DNA from: Escherichia phage 13a
Sequence record: NC_011045.1
DNA length: 38,841 nt
Strand: one strand, 5' to 3'
Part shown: positions 8,442 to 18,705 of the stretch, piece by piece
Layout of the letters: every line of letters starts with the position of its first letter
Position numbering within the stretch: the first letter of the stretch is position 1
Notes under the pieces: model-generated
What the model was told of the DNA's origin: nothing
Databases searched by the model: none
What the model saw: only the letters and a program-made list of their open reading frames with translations
Position numbers and translations under genes: made by a program

Positions 8442-8897
8442 GTGGCTGGCGCATATGCTGCGCGTGGTATCCGAAAGGTCGGGACATTCCGTTCCGGCCT
8501 AGAAGATAAGGTCTCTAAGCAGCTAGAGGGTAAGGGCATTAAGTTCGACTATGAACTGTGGAAAATCCCTTACGTTGTCCCTGCGAGCAACCATGTGTAT
8601 ACTCCAGACTTCCTGCTGCCTAACGGAATCTTTATTGAAACCAAAGGTTTATGGGAGAGTGACGACCGAAAGAAACACTTATTGATTCGCGAACAGTTTC
8701 CTGAACTGGACATACGTCTGGTGTTCTCAAGCTCACGCACTAAGCTGTACAAAGGGTCTCCGACCAGTTACGGTGAGTGGTGCGAGAAGCACGGCATTCT
8801 GTTTGCTGACAAATTAATTCCTGTAGAATGGCTCAAAGAACCCAAAAAGGAGGTGCCATTTGACAAGCTGAAACAATCGAAGGGAGGAAAGAAATAA
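8442..8897 (+). CDS. 3: Endonuclease I, Holliday-junction resolvase (151 aa)
   Basis: GTG start directly after 2.5 stop; MAGAYAARGIRKVGTFRSGLEDKVSKQLEGKGIKF... matches T7 gp3. Confidence 0.95.
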   Translation: MAGAYAARGIRKVGTFRSGLEDKVSKQLEGKGIKFDYELWKIPYVVPASNHVYTPDFLLPNGIFIETKGLWESDDRKKHLLIREQFPELDIRLVFSSSRTKLYKGSPTSYGEWCEKHGILFADKLIPVEWLKEPKKEVPFDKLKQSKGGKK

Positions 8898-9352
8898 TGG
8901 CTCGTGTACAGTTTAAACAACGTGAATCTACTGACGCAATTTTTGTCCACTGCTCTGCTACAAAGCCAAGTCAGAATGTTGGTGTCCGTGAGATTCGCCA
9001 GTGGCATAAAGAGCGTGGATTCCTTGATGTGGGATACCACTTTATCATCAAGCGTGACGGCACTGTAGATGCAGGTCGAGATGAGATGGCTGTAGGCTCT
9101 CACGCTAAGGGCTACAATCACAACTCTATTGGTGTATGCCTTGTAGGTGGTATCGACGATAAAGGTAAGTTCGACGCTAACTTTACGCCAGCCCAAATGC
9201 AATCCCTTCGCTCACTGCTTGTCACACTTCTGGCTAAGTACGAAGGCGCTGTGCTTCGAGCGCATCACGATGTGGCCCCTAAGGCTTGCCCATCGTTCGA
9301 CCTTAAGCGTTGGTGGGAGAAGAACGAACTGGTCACTTCTGACCGTGGATAA
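8897..9352 (+). CDS. 3.5: Lysozyme / N-acetylmuramoyl-L-alanine amidase, RNAP inhibitor (151 aa)
   Basis: MARVQFKQRESTDAIFVHCSATKPSQNVGVREIRQWH... near-identical to T7 lysozyme. Confidence 0.98.
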   Translation: MARVQFKQRESTDAIFVHCSATKPSQNVGVREIRQWHKERGFLDVGYHFIIKRDGTVDAGRDEMAVGSHAKGYNHNSIGVCLVGGIDDKGKFDANFTPAQMQSLRSLLVTLLAKYEGAVLRAHHDVAPKACPSFDLKRWWEKNELVTSDRG

Positions 9353-9353
9353 T

Positions 9354-9376
9354 TAATTGAACTCACTAAAGGGAGA
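9354..9376 (+). promoter_or_regulatory. T7-type promoter phi3.8
   Basis: taattgaactcactaaagggaga. Confidence 0.85.
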
Positions 9377-9412
9377 CCACAACGGTTTCCCTTTCAACAC
9401 AAGGAGGAAGCT

Positions 9413-11601
<2,189 letters not shown>

Positions 11602-11612
11602 AGGAGACACCC

Positions 11613-11825
11613 ATGTTCAAACTGATTAAGAAATTAGGCCAACTGCTGGTTCGGATGTACAACGTGGAAGCCAAACGTCTGAACGATGAGGCCCGTAAAG
11701 AGGCCACACAGTCACGCACTCTGGCTATTCGCGCCAACGAACTGGCTGACAGTGCATCCAATAAGGTTACAGAAGCTGCCCGTGTAGCAAACCAAGCTCA
11801 GCAACTTTCCAAATTCTTTGAGTAA
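11613..11825 (+). CDS. 4.3: gp4.3 (70 aa), unknown function
   Basis: MFKLIKKLGQLLVRMYNVEAKRLNDEARKEATQ... T7 gp4.3-like. Confidence 0.85.
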   Translation: MFKLIKKLGQLLVRMYNVEAKRLNDEARKEATQSRTLAIRANELADSASNKVTEAARVANQAQQLSKFFE

Positions 11826-11844
11826 TCAAACAGGAGAAACCATT

Positions 11845-12126
11845 ATGTCTAACGTAGCTGAAACTATCCGTCTATCCGATACCGCTGACCAGTGGAACCG
11901 TCGGGTTCACATCAACGTTCGTAACGGAAAGGCTACTATGGTCTACCGTTGGAAGGACTCTAAGTCCTCTAAGAATCACACTCAGCGTATGACGTTGACA
12001 GATGAGCAAGCACTGCGTCTGGTCAATGCGCTTACCATAGCTGCCGTGACAGCAATCCATGAAACTGGTCGCGTCAATGAAGCTATGGCTATCATAGACA
12101 AGTATTTAAGGATAAGAGTGGTATGA
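11845..12126 (+). CDS. 4.5: gp4.5 (93 aa), unknown function
   Basis: ATG with caggagaaacc SD; MSNVAETIRLSDTADQWNRRVHINVRNGKATMVYRWKD... T7 gp4.5-like; track ORF starts upstream at TTG 11818. Confidence 0.85.
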   Translation: MSNVAETIRLSDTADQWNRRVHINVRNGKATMVYRWKDSKSSKNHTQRMTLTDEQALRLVNALTIAAVTAIHETGRVNEAMAIIDKYLRIRVV

Positions 12127-12160
12127 CTCAAGGTCGCCCGAGTGGTGGCCTTCATTAATG
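12122..12160 (+). promoter_or_regulatory. RNase III site R4.7-like
   Basis: atgactcaaggtcgcccgagtggtggccttcattaatgg. Confidence 0.5.
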
Positions 12161-12183
12161 GTAGTCGACTCACTATAGGAGAT
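12161..12183 (+). promoter_or_regulatory. T7-type promoter phi4.7 (divergent upstream half)
   Basis: gtagtcgactcactataggagat: -12..+6 consensus-like, -17..-13 non-consensus. Confidence 0.55.
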
Positions 12184-12189
12184 ATTACC

Positions 12190-12597
12190 ATGCGTGACCC
12201 TAAAGTTATCCAAGCAGAAATCGCTAAGTTGGAAGCTGAACTGGAGGACGTTAAGTACCATGAAGCTAAGACTCGCTCCGCTGTTCACATCTTGAAGAAC
12301 TTAGGCTGGACTTGGACAAGACAGACTGGCTGGAAGAAACCAGAAGTTAACAAGCTGAGCCACAAGGTGTTCGATAAGGACACTGTGACCCACATCAAGG
12401 CTAGTGATTGGGTTAAGGTTGACATGGGAGTTGTTGGTGGATACGGCTACGTCCGCTCAGTGAGTGGCAAATATGCACAAGTGTCATACATCACAGGTGT
12501 TACTCCACGAGGAGCAATCGTTGCTGATAAGACCAACATGATTCACACAGGCTTCTTGACGGTTGTCTCGTATGAAGAGATTGTTAAGTCGCGATAA
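12190..12597 (+). CDS. 4.7: gp4.7 (135 aa), unknown function
   Basis: MRDPKVIQAEIAKLEAELEDVKYHEAK... T7 gp4.7-like; track ORF is an upstream extension. Confidence 0.85.
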   Translation: MRDPKVIQAEIAKLEAELEDVKYHEAKTRSAVHILKNLGWTWTRQTGWKKPEVNKLSHKVFDKDTVTHIKASDWVKVDMGVVGGYGYVRSVSGKYAQVSYITGVTPRGAIVADKTNMIHTGFLTVVSYEEIVKSR

Positions 12598-12615
12598 TCA
12601 ATAGGAGAAATCAAT

Positions 12616-14574
12616 ATGATCGTTTCTGACATCGAAGCTAACGCCCTCTTAGAGAGCGTCACTAAGTTCCACTGCGGGGTTATCTACGACTACTCCACCG
12701 CTGAGTACGTAAGCTACCGTCCGGGTGACTTCGGTGCGTATCTGGATGCGCTGGAAGCCGAGGTTGCACGAGGCGGTCTTATTGTGTTCCACAACGGTCA
12801 CAAGTATGACGTTCCTGCATTGACAAAACTGGCAAAGCTGCAATTGAACCGAGAGTTCCACCTTCCTCGTGAGAACTGTATCGACACCCTTGTGCTGTCA
12901 CGTTTGATTCATTCCAACCTGAAAGACACCGATATGGGTCTTCTGCGTTCCGGTAAGTTGCCGGGGAAACGCTTTGGGTCTCACGCTTTGGAGGCGTGGG
13001 GTTATCGCTTGGGCGAAATGAAAGGTGAATACAAGGATGACTTTAAGCGTATGCTTGAAGAGCAGGGTGAAGAATATGTTGATGGTATGGAGTGGTGGAA
13101 CTTCAACGAAGAGATGATGGACTATAACGTTCAGGACGTTGTGGTCACTAAAGCTCTCCTTGAGAAGCTACTCTCTGACAAACATTACTTCCCTCCTGAG
13201 ATTGACTTTACGGACGTAGGGTACACTACGTTCTGGTCAGAATCCCTTGAGGCCGTTGACGTTGAACATCGTGCTGCATGGCTGCTCGCTAAGCAAGAGC
13301 GCAATGGGTTCCCGTTTGACACGAAAGCAATCGAAGAGTTGTACGTAGAGTTAGCTGCTCGCCGCTCTGAGTTGCTCCGTAAATTGACCGAAACGTTTGG
13401 CTCATGGTATCAGCCTAAAGGTGGCACCGAAATGTTCTGCCATCCGCGAACAGGTAAGCCACTGCCTAAGTACCCTCGCATTAAGACACCTAAAGTGGGT
13501 GGTATCTTTAAGAAGCCTAAGAACAAGGCACAGCGAGAAGGCCGTGAGCCTTGCGAACTGGACACCCGCGAGTACGTTGCTGGCGCTCCGTATACTCCAG
13601 TGGAGCACGTGGTGTTTAACCCTTCGTCTCGTGACCACATCCAGAAGAAACTCCAAGAGGCTGGATGGGTCCCCACGAAGTACACCGATAAGGGTGCTCC
13701 TGTGGTGGACGATGAGGTACTCGAAGGAGTACGTGTAGATGACCCTGAGAAGCAAGCTGCTATCGACCTCATTAAAGAGTACTTGATGATTCAGAAGCGA
13801 ATCGGACAGTCTGCTGAGGGAGACAAGGCATGGCTTCGTTACGTTGCTGAGGACGGTAAAATTCATGGTTCTGTTAACCCTAATGGAGCAGTTACGGGTC
13901 GTGCGACCCATGCGTTCCCAAACCTTGCGCAAATTCCGGGTGTACGTTCTCCTTATGGAGAGCAGTGTCGCGCTGCTTTTGGCGCTGAGCATCATTTGGA
14001 TGGGATAACTGGTAAGCCTTGGGTTCAGGCAGGTATCGACGCAAGCGGCCTTGAGTTGCGCTGCCTGGCTCACTTCATGGCTCGATTTGATAACGGTGAG
14101 TACGCTCACGAGATTCTTAATGGTGACATCCACACTAAGAACCAGATGGCTGCTGAACTGCCTACCCGCGATAACGCTAAGACGTTCATCTACGGGTTCC
14201 TTTATGGTGCCGGTGATGAGAAGATTGGGCAGATTGTCGGTGCTGGTAAAGAGCGTGGTAAGGAACTCAAGAAGAAATTCCTTGAGAACACCCCTGCGAT
14301 TGCAGCACTCCGTGAGTCTATACAACAGACACTTGTCGAATCCTCTCAGTGGGTAGCTGGTGAGCAACAAGTCAAGTGGAAACGCCGCTGGATTAAAGGT
14401 CTGGATGGTCGTAAGGTCCATGTTCGCAGTCCTCACGCTGCTTTGAATACCCTTCTGCAATCTGCTGGTGCTCTCATCTGCAAACTGTGGATTATCAAGA
14501 CCGAAGAGATGCTCGTAGAGAAAGGCTTGAAGCATGGCTGGGATGGGGACTTTGCGTACATGGCATGGGTGCAT
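12616..14574 (+). CDS. 5: DNA polymerase gene 5, exon 1 (653 codons)
   Basis: [49 protein letters not shown]... near-identical to T7 gp5 through ...DFAYMAWVH; unspliced frame stops 8 codons later at 14596-14598. Confidence 0.95.
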
Positions 14575-15175
14575 AAACTATCTCATTGTGCACATTAAAT
14601 CTGGTGAACTCGGTGAAACCCTTCTGGGGCAATACCGAGCCAAGCCATAGGGAGGATATATGAGAGGCAAGAAGTTAATCCTTGCGACCACAGAGAGTGG
14701 TTGTATCATCCCTACGTCACACAAACTTAATGCTGATGGTTATTTCCGAAAGAAGACGAACGGTGTCCTAGAGATGTATCACAGGACAGTCTGGAAGGAA
14801 CACTACGGAGATATACCAGAAGGGTATGAAGTAGACCACAAGTGTAGGAACAGGGCGTGCTGTAACGTAGAGCACCTCCAGTTACTAGAAGGTTCTGAGC
14901 ATACAGTCAAGACAAACAGGGAACGCTACGCTGACCGTAAAGAGTCCGCGAAGGAATACTGGTTGGAGACTGGATGTACAGGAACACACTTAGGTGAGAA
15001 GTTTGGTGTAACGTTCTCTGCAGCTTGTAAGTGGATTAGAGAGTGGAAGGCGTAGAGACTATCCGAAAGGAGTAGGGCCGAGGGTGAGATTCCCTCGTTA
15101 CCCGAAGCGCCAGACAGTCAACTCAAAGGCTGATGATATAGTCCGACACTCCTAGTAATAGGAGAATACAGAAAG
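14575..15175 (+). mobile_element. Group I self-splicing intron in DNA polymerase gene (601 nt)
   Basis: Exon 1 ends in U, intron ends in G; internal guide GUGCAC (14588-14593) pairs with exon GUGCAU (14569-14574); R/S-like core gacta (15057-15061) / gatatagtcc (15135-15144); P9-like hairpin 15149-15164; joined exons restore full 704-aa DNAP. Confidence 0.85.
14660..15055 (+). CDS. Intron-encoded HNH homing endonuclease (131 aa)
   Basis: SD agggagg before ATG; HNH motif YEVDHKCRNRACCNVEHLQLLEGSEHTVKTN; paralogous to the 7.7 and post-19 HNH ORFs. Confidence 0.85.
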   Translation: MRGKKLILATTESGCIIPTSHKLNADGYFRKKTNGVLEMYHRTVWKEHYGDIPEGYEVDHKCRNRACCNVEHLQLLEGSEHTVKTNRERYADRKESAKEYWLETGCTGTHLGEKFGVTFSAACKWIREWKA

Positions 15176-15331
15176 GATGAGATTCAAGTAGGTTGCCGTA
15201 CCGAAGAGATTGCTCAGGTTGTAATTGAGACCGCACAAGAGGCAATGCGCTGGGTTGGAGACCACTGGAACTTCCGGTGTCTGCTGGATACCGAAGGTAA
15301 GATGGGTCCGAATTGGGCCGTATGTCACTGA
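15176..15331 (+). CDS. 5: DNA polymerase gene 5, exon 2 (51 codons + stop)
   Basis: DEIQVGCRTEEIAQVVIETAQEAMRWVGDHWNFRCLLDTEGKMGPNWAVCH matches T7 gp5 C-terminus. Confidence 0.9.
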   Translation, partial: DEIQVGCRTEEIAQVVIETAQEAMRWVGDHWNFRCLLDTEGKMGPNWAVCH

Positions 15332-15350
15332 TTCTATAGGAGAAATTATT

Positions 15351-15650
15351 ATGGCTATGACCAAGAAATTTAAAGTGTCCTTCGACGTTACCGCAAAGAT
15401 GCCGTCTGACGTTCAGGCAATCTTAGAGAAAGACATGCTGCATCTATGTAAGCAGGTTGGCTCCGGTGAGATTGTCCCCAATGGTAAACAGAAGGAAATG
15501 ATTGTCCAGTTCCTGACACACGGTATGGAAGGCTTGATGGCATTCGTAGTACGTACATCATTCCGTGAGGCCATCAAGGACATGCACGAAGAGTATTCCG
15601 ATAAGGACTCCTTCAAACTATCTCCTGCAACTGTACGGGAGGTGTTCTGA
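15351..15650 (+). CDS. 5.5: gp5.5 H-NS-binding protein (99 aa)
   Basis: MAMTKKFKVSFDVTAKMPSDVQAILEKDMLHLCKQVGSGEIVPNGKQKEM... near-identical to T7 gp5.5. Confidence 0.93.
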   Translation: MAMTKKFKVSFDVTAKMPSDVQAILEKDMLHLCKQVGSGEIVPNGKQKEMIVQFLTHGMEGLMAFVVRTSFREAIKDMHEEYSDKDSFKLSPATVREVF

Positions 15651-15859
15651 TGTCTGACTATCTGAAAGTGCTACAAGCAATAAAATGTTGCCCTAAGACT
15701 TTCCAGTCCAACTATGTGCGTAACAATGCGAGCCTCGTAGCGGAGGCCGCTTCCCGTGGTCACATCTCATGCCTGACCACAAGTGGACGTAACGGTGGCG
15801 CTTGGGAAATCACTGCTTCTGGTACTCGCTTTCTTAAACGAATGGGAGGATGTGTCTAA
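15650..15859 (+). CDS. 5.7: gp5.7 (69 aa), host RNAP/sigma-S-associated inhibitor
   Basis: MSDYLKVLQAIKCCPKTFQSNYVRNNASLVAEAASRGHISCLTTSGRNGGAWEITASGTRFLKRMGGCV, T7 gp5.7-like. Confidence 0.9.
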   Translation: MSDYLKVLQAIKCCPKTFQSNYVRNNASLVAEAASRGHISCLTTSGRNGGAWEITASGTRFLKRMGGCV

Positions 15860-16017
15860 TGTCTCGTGACCTTGTGACTATTCCGCGCGATGTGTGGAAC
15901 GATATGCAGGGCTACATCGACTCTCTTGAACGTGAGAACGATAGCCTTAAGAACCAACTTATGGAAGCTGACGAATACGTGGCTGAGCTAGAGGAGAAAC
16001 TTAATGGCACTTCTTGA
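15859..16017 (+). CDS. 5.9: gp5.9 RecBCD inhibitor (52 aa)
   Basis: MSRDLVTIPRDVWNDMQGYIDSLERENDSLKNQLMEADEYVAELEEKLNGTS; overlapping start/stop taATG; below track cutoff. Confidence 0.8.
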   Translation: MSRDLVTIPRDVWNDMQGYIDSLERENDSLKNQLMEADEYVAELEEKLNGTS

Positions 16018-16906
16018 CCTTAAACAATTCTACGAGTTACGTGAAGGCTATAACGACAAAGGTATCCTTGTGATGGATGGCGACTGGCTGGTCTTCCAAG
16101 CGATGAGTGCTGCTGAGTTTGATGCCTCATGGGAGGAAGAGATCTGGCACCGCTGCTGTGACCACGCTAAAGCCCGTCAGATTCTTGAGGATTCCATCAA
16201 GTCCTACGAGACCCGTAAGAAGGCTTGGGTAGGTGCTCCGATTGTCCTTGCGTTCACCGATAGCGTTAACTGGCGTAAAGAACTGGTTGACCCGAACTAT
16301 AAGGCTAACCGTAAGGCCACTAAGAAACCTGTAGGTTACTTTGAGTTCCTTGATGCTCTCTTTGAGCGCGAAGAGTTCTATTGCATCCGTGAGCCTATGC
16401 TTGAGGGTGATGACGTTATGGGAGTTATTGCTTCCAATCCGTCTGCATTCGGTGCTCGTAAGGCTGTAATCATCTCGTGCGATAAGGACTTTAAGACCAT
16501 ACCTAACTGTGATTTCCTGTGGTGTACCACTGGTAACATCCTGACTCAGACCGAAGAGTCCGCTGACTGGTGGCACCTCTTCCAGACAATCAAGGGTGAC
16601 ATCACCGATGGTTACTCAGGGATTGCCGGATGGGGCGATACTGCCGAGGACTTCTTGAATAACCCATTCATTACCGAGCCTAAAACGTCTGTGCTTAAGT
16701 CTGGAAAGAACAAAGGCCAAGAGGTTACTAAGTGGGTTAAGCGTGACCCTGAGCCACATGAGACGCTTTGGGACTGCATTAAGTCCATCGGTGCGAAGGC
16801 TGGTATGACCGAAGAGGATATTATCAAGCAGGGCCAGATGGCTCGCATCCTCCGGTTCAACGAGTATAACTTTATTGACAAGGAGATTTACCTGTGGAGA
16901 CCGTAG
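16004..16906 (+). CDS. 6: 5'-3' exonuclease gp6 (300 aa)
   Basis: MALLDLKQFYELREGYNDKGILVMDGDWLVFQAMSAAEFD... near-identical to T7 gp6. Confidence 0.97.
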   Translation: MALLDLKQFYELREGYNDKGILVMDGDWLVFQAMSAAEFDASWEEEIWHRCCDHAKARQILEDSIKSYETRKKAWVGAPIVLAFTDSVNWRKELVDPNYKANRKATKKPVGYFEFLDALFEREEFYCIREPMLEGDDVMGVIASNPSAFGARKAVIISCDKDFKTIPNCDFLWCTTGNILTQTEESADWWHLFQTIKGDITDGYSGIAGWGDTAEDFLNNPFITEPKTSVLKSGKNKGQEVTKWVKRDPEPHETLWDCIKSIGAKAGMTEEDIIKQGQMARILRFNEYNFIDKEIYLWRP

Positions 16907-17007
16907 CGTATATTGGCATTGGTCTTTGTGTTCTCGGAATGGTCCTCATTGCGTGGGGCATTTGGGACTTAGCCCGAATAATCAAGTCGTTACACGACAC
17001 TAAGTGA
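16894..17007 (+). CDS. 6.3: gp6.3 small membrane protein (37 aa), GTG start
   Basis: GTG with aaggaga SD 8 nt upstream, overlapping gene 6 end; hydrophobic; same length as T7 gp6.3. Confidence 0.5.
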   Translation: METVAYIGIGLCVLGMVLIAWGIWDLARIIKSLHDTK

Positions 17008-17027
17008 TAAACTCAAGGTCCCTAAAT

Positions 17028-17050
17028 TAATACGACTCACTATAGGGAGA
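17028..17050 (+). promoter_or_regulatory. T7-type promoter phi6.5 (within R6.5-like hairpin region 17008-17075)
   Basis: taatacgactcactatagggaga exact consensus; flanked by actcaaggtc...ggcctttatgatt. Confidence 0.9.
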
Positions 17051-17104
17051 TAGGGGCCTTTATGATTACTACTTTAAGATTTAACCCTAAGAGGAATCTT
17101 TATT

Positions 17105-17359
17105 ATGTTAACACCTATTAACCAATTACTTAAGAACCCTAACGATATTCCAGATGTACCTCGTGCAACCGCTGAGTATCTACAGGTTCGATTCAACTAT
17201 GCGTATCTCGAAGCGTCTGGTCATATAGGACTTATGCGTGCTAATGGCTGTAGTGAAGCTCACATCTTGGGTTTCATTCAGGGCCTACAGTATGCCTCTA
17301 ACGTCATTGACGAGATTGAGTTGCGCAAGGAACAACTAAGAGATGATGGGGAGGATTGA
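17105..17359 (+). CDS. 6.5: gp6.5 (84 aa), unknown function
   Basis: [42 protein letters not shown]... T7 gp6.5-like. Confidence 0.9.
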
Positions 17360-17363
17360 CACT

Positions 17364-17630
17364 ATGTGTTTCTCACCGAAAATTAAAACTCCGAAGATGG
17401 ATACCAATCAGATTCGAGCCGTTGAGCCAGCGCCTCTGACCCAAGAAGTGTCAAGCGTGGAGTTCGGTGGGTCTTCTGATGAGACGGATACCGAGGGCAC
17501 CGAAGTGTCTGGACGCAAAGACCTCAAGGTCGAACGCGATGATTCCGTAGCGAAGTCTAAAGCCAGCGGCAATGGCTCCGCTCGTATGAAATCTTCAATA
17601 CGTAAGTCCGCATTTGGAGGTAAGAAGTGA
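17364..17630 (+). CDS. 6.7: gp6.7 virion protein (88 aa)
   Basis: ATG with ggggagga SD; MCFSPKIKTPKMDTNQIRAVEPAPLTQEV... T7 gp6.7-like. Confidence 0.88.
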   Translation: MCFSPKIKTPKMDTNQIRAVEPAPLTQEVSSVEFGGSSDETDTEGTEVSGRKDLKVERDDSVAKSKASGNGSARMKSSIRKSAFGGKK

Positions 17631-18031
17631 TGTCTGAGTTCACATGTGTGGAGGCCAAGAGTCGCTTCCGTGCAATCCGGTGGACTGTGGAACACCTTGG
17701 GTTGCCTAAGGGATTCGAAGGACACTTCATAGGTTACAGCCTCTACGTTGACGAAGTTATGGACATGTCTGGTTGCCGTGAAGAGTACATTCTGGACTCT
17801 ACCGGAAAACATGTAGCGTACTTCGCGTGGTGCGTAAGCTGTGATATTCACCACAAAGGAGACATTCTGGATGTAACGTCCGTTGTTATTAATCCTGAGG
17901 CAGACTCTAAGGGCTTACAGCGATTCCTAGCGAAACGCTTTAAGTACCTTGCAGAACTCCATGATTGCAGTTGGGTGTCTCGTTGTAAACATGAAGGCGA
18001 GACAATTCGTGTATACTTTAAGGAGGTATAA
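17630..18031 (+). CDS. 7: gp7 (133 aa), virion/host-range protein
   Basis: ATG with ggaggtaag SD; MSEFTCVEAKSRFRAIRWTVEHLGLPKGF... T7 gp7-like. Confidence 0.88.
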   Translation: MSEFTCVEAKSRFRAIRWTVEHLGLPKGFEGHFIGYSLYVDEVMDMSGCREEYILDSTGKHVAYFAWCVSCDIHHKGDILDVTSVVINPEADSKGLQRFLAKRFKYLAELHDCSWVSRCKHEGETIRVYFKEV

Positions 18032-18034
18032 GTT

Positions 18035-18313
18035 ATGGGTAAGAAAGTTAAGAAGGCCGTGAAGAAAGTCACTAAGTCCGTTAAGAAAGTCGTCAATGGA
18101 GTGGCTGGCGGTCTGGCTGGTCTGGCTGGTGGCGCTGGTGAAGCACAGGTGGTGGAAGCACCACAAGCTGCCGCACAGATTGTTGACGTACCTGAGAAAG
18201 AGGTTTCCACTGAGGACGAAGCACAGACCGAAAGCGGACGTAAGAAAGCTCGTGCTGGCGGTAAGAAGTCCTTGAGCGTTGCCCGTAGCTCTGGCGGGGG
18301 TATAAATATATGA
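18035..18313 (+). CDS. 7.3: gp7.3 tail/virion assembly protein (92 aa)
   Basis: MGKKVKKAVKKVTKSVKKVVNGVAGGLAGLAGGAGEAQ... T7 gp7.3-like. Confidence 0.88.
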   Translation: MGKKVKKAVKKVTKSVKKVVNGVAGGLAGLAGGAGEAQVVEAPQAAAQIVDVPEKEVSTEDEAQTESGRKKARAGGKKSLSVARSSGGGINI

Positions 18314-18705
18314 CAGATTGTATCGAGTGGACTGGCTACCTCACAAAAGATGGGTACGGCGAAACTCGACTGAATGGTGTCAAATTTAGGGTTCATCGTC
18401 TAGAATGGATTAAACAAAGAGGCCCAATACCTGAAGGTCTAGTTGTTCGCCATAAGTGCGATAACCCTAAATGTTACAATATCGAACACCTTGAGCTAGG
18501 AACAACTCAGGATAACACTAGAGATAGGGTCTTGAGGAATAGAAGCGCAAAGGGAGTACGTAATGGAAATTCCAAATTAACACCTGATGTCGTTCTGGCA
18601 ATACGCGCAAGTAGTAAGACCCACAAGCTGATAGCCGAAGAGTTCGGTGTATCCAAATCAGTTGTGACACAGATACGAGCACGTAAGACATGGAGGCATA
18701 TCTAA
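18310..18705 (+). CDS. 7.7: HNH endonuclease gp7.7 (131 aa)
   Basis: HRLEWIKQRGPIPEGLVVRHKCDNPKCYNIEHLELGTTQDN HNH motif; T7 gene 7.7 position. Confidence 0.9.
   Translation: MTDCIEWTGYLTKDGYGETRLNGVKFRVHRLEWIKQRGPIPEGLVVRHKCDNPKCYNIEHLELGTTQDNTRDRVLRNRSAKGVRNGNSKLTPDVVLAIRASSKTHKLIAEEFGVSKSVVTQIRARKTWRHI

Noticed and set aside
13402-14574. 390-aa ORF on the minus strand inside the DNA polymerase gene
   Set aside because: Antisense shadow of a conserved + strand gene; T7-like genomes are transcribed entirely left to right and no promoter or SD supports it
12616-14598. Gene 5 as a C-terminally truncated DNA polymerase (pseudogene) of 660 aa
   Set aside because: The missing C-terminus is encoded in frame 577 nt downstream and the intervening sequence has group I intron hallmarks; a split gene is the better explanation
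15225-15650. 141-aa ORF from the track spanning exon 2 and gene 5.5
   Set aside because: Upstream extension in another frame over DNAP exon 2; the true start is the SD-preceded ATG at 15351 giving the 99-aa gp5.5
17848-18396. 182-aa minus-strand ORF across genes 7/7.3/7.7
   Set aside because: Antisense to three well-supported + strand genes; Ala/Pro/Thr-rich low-complexity translation
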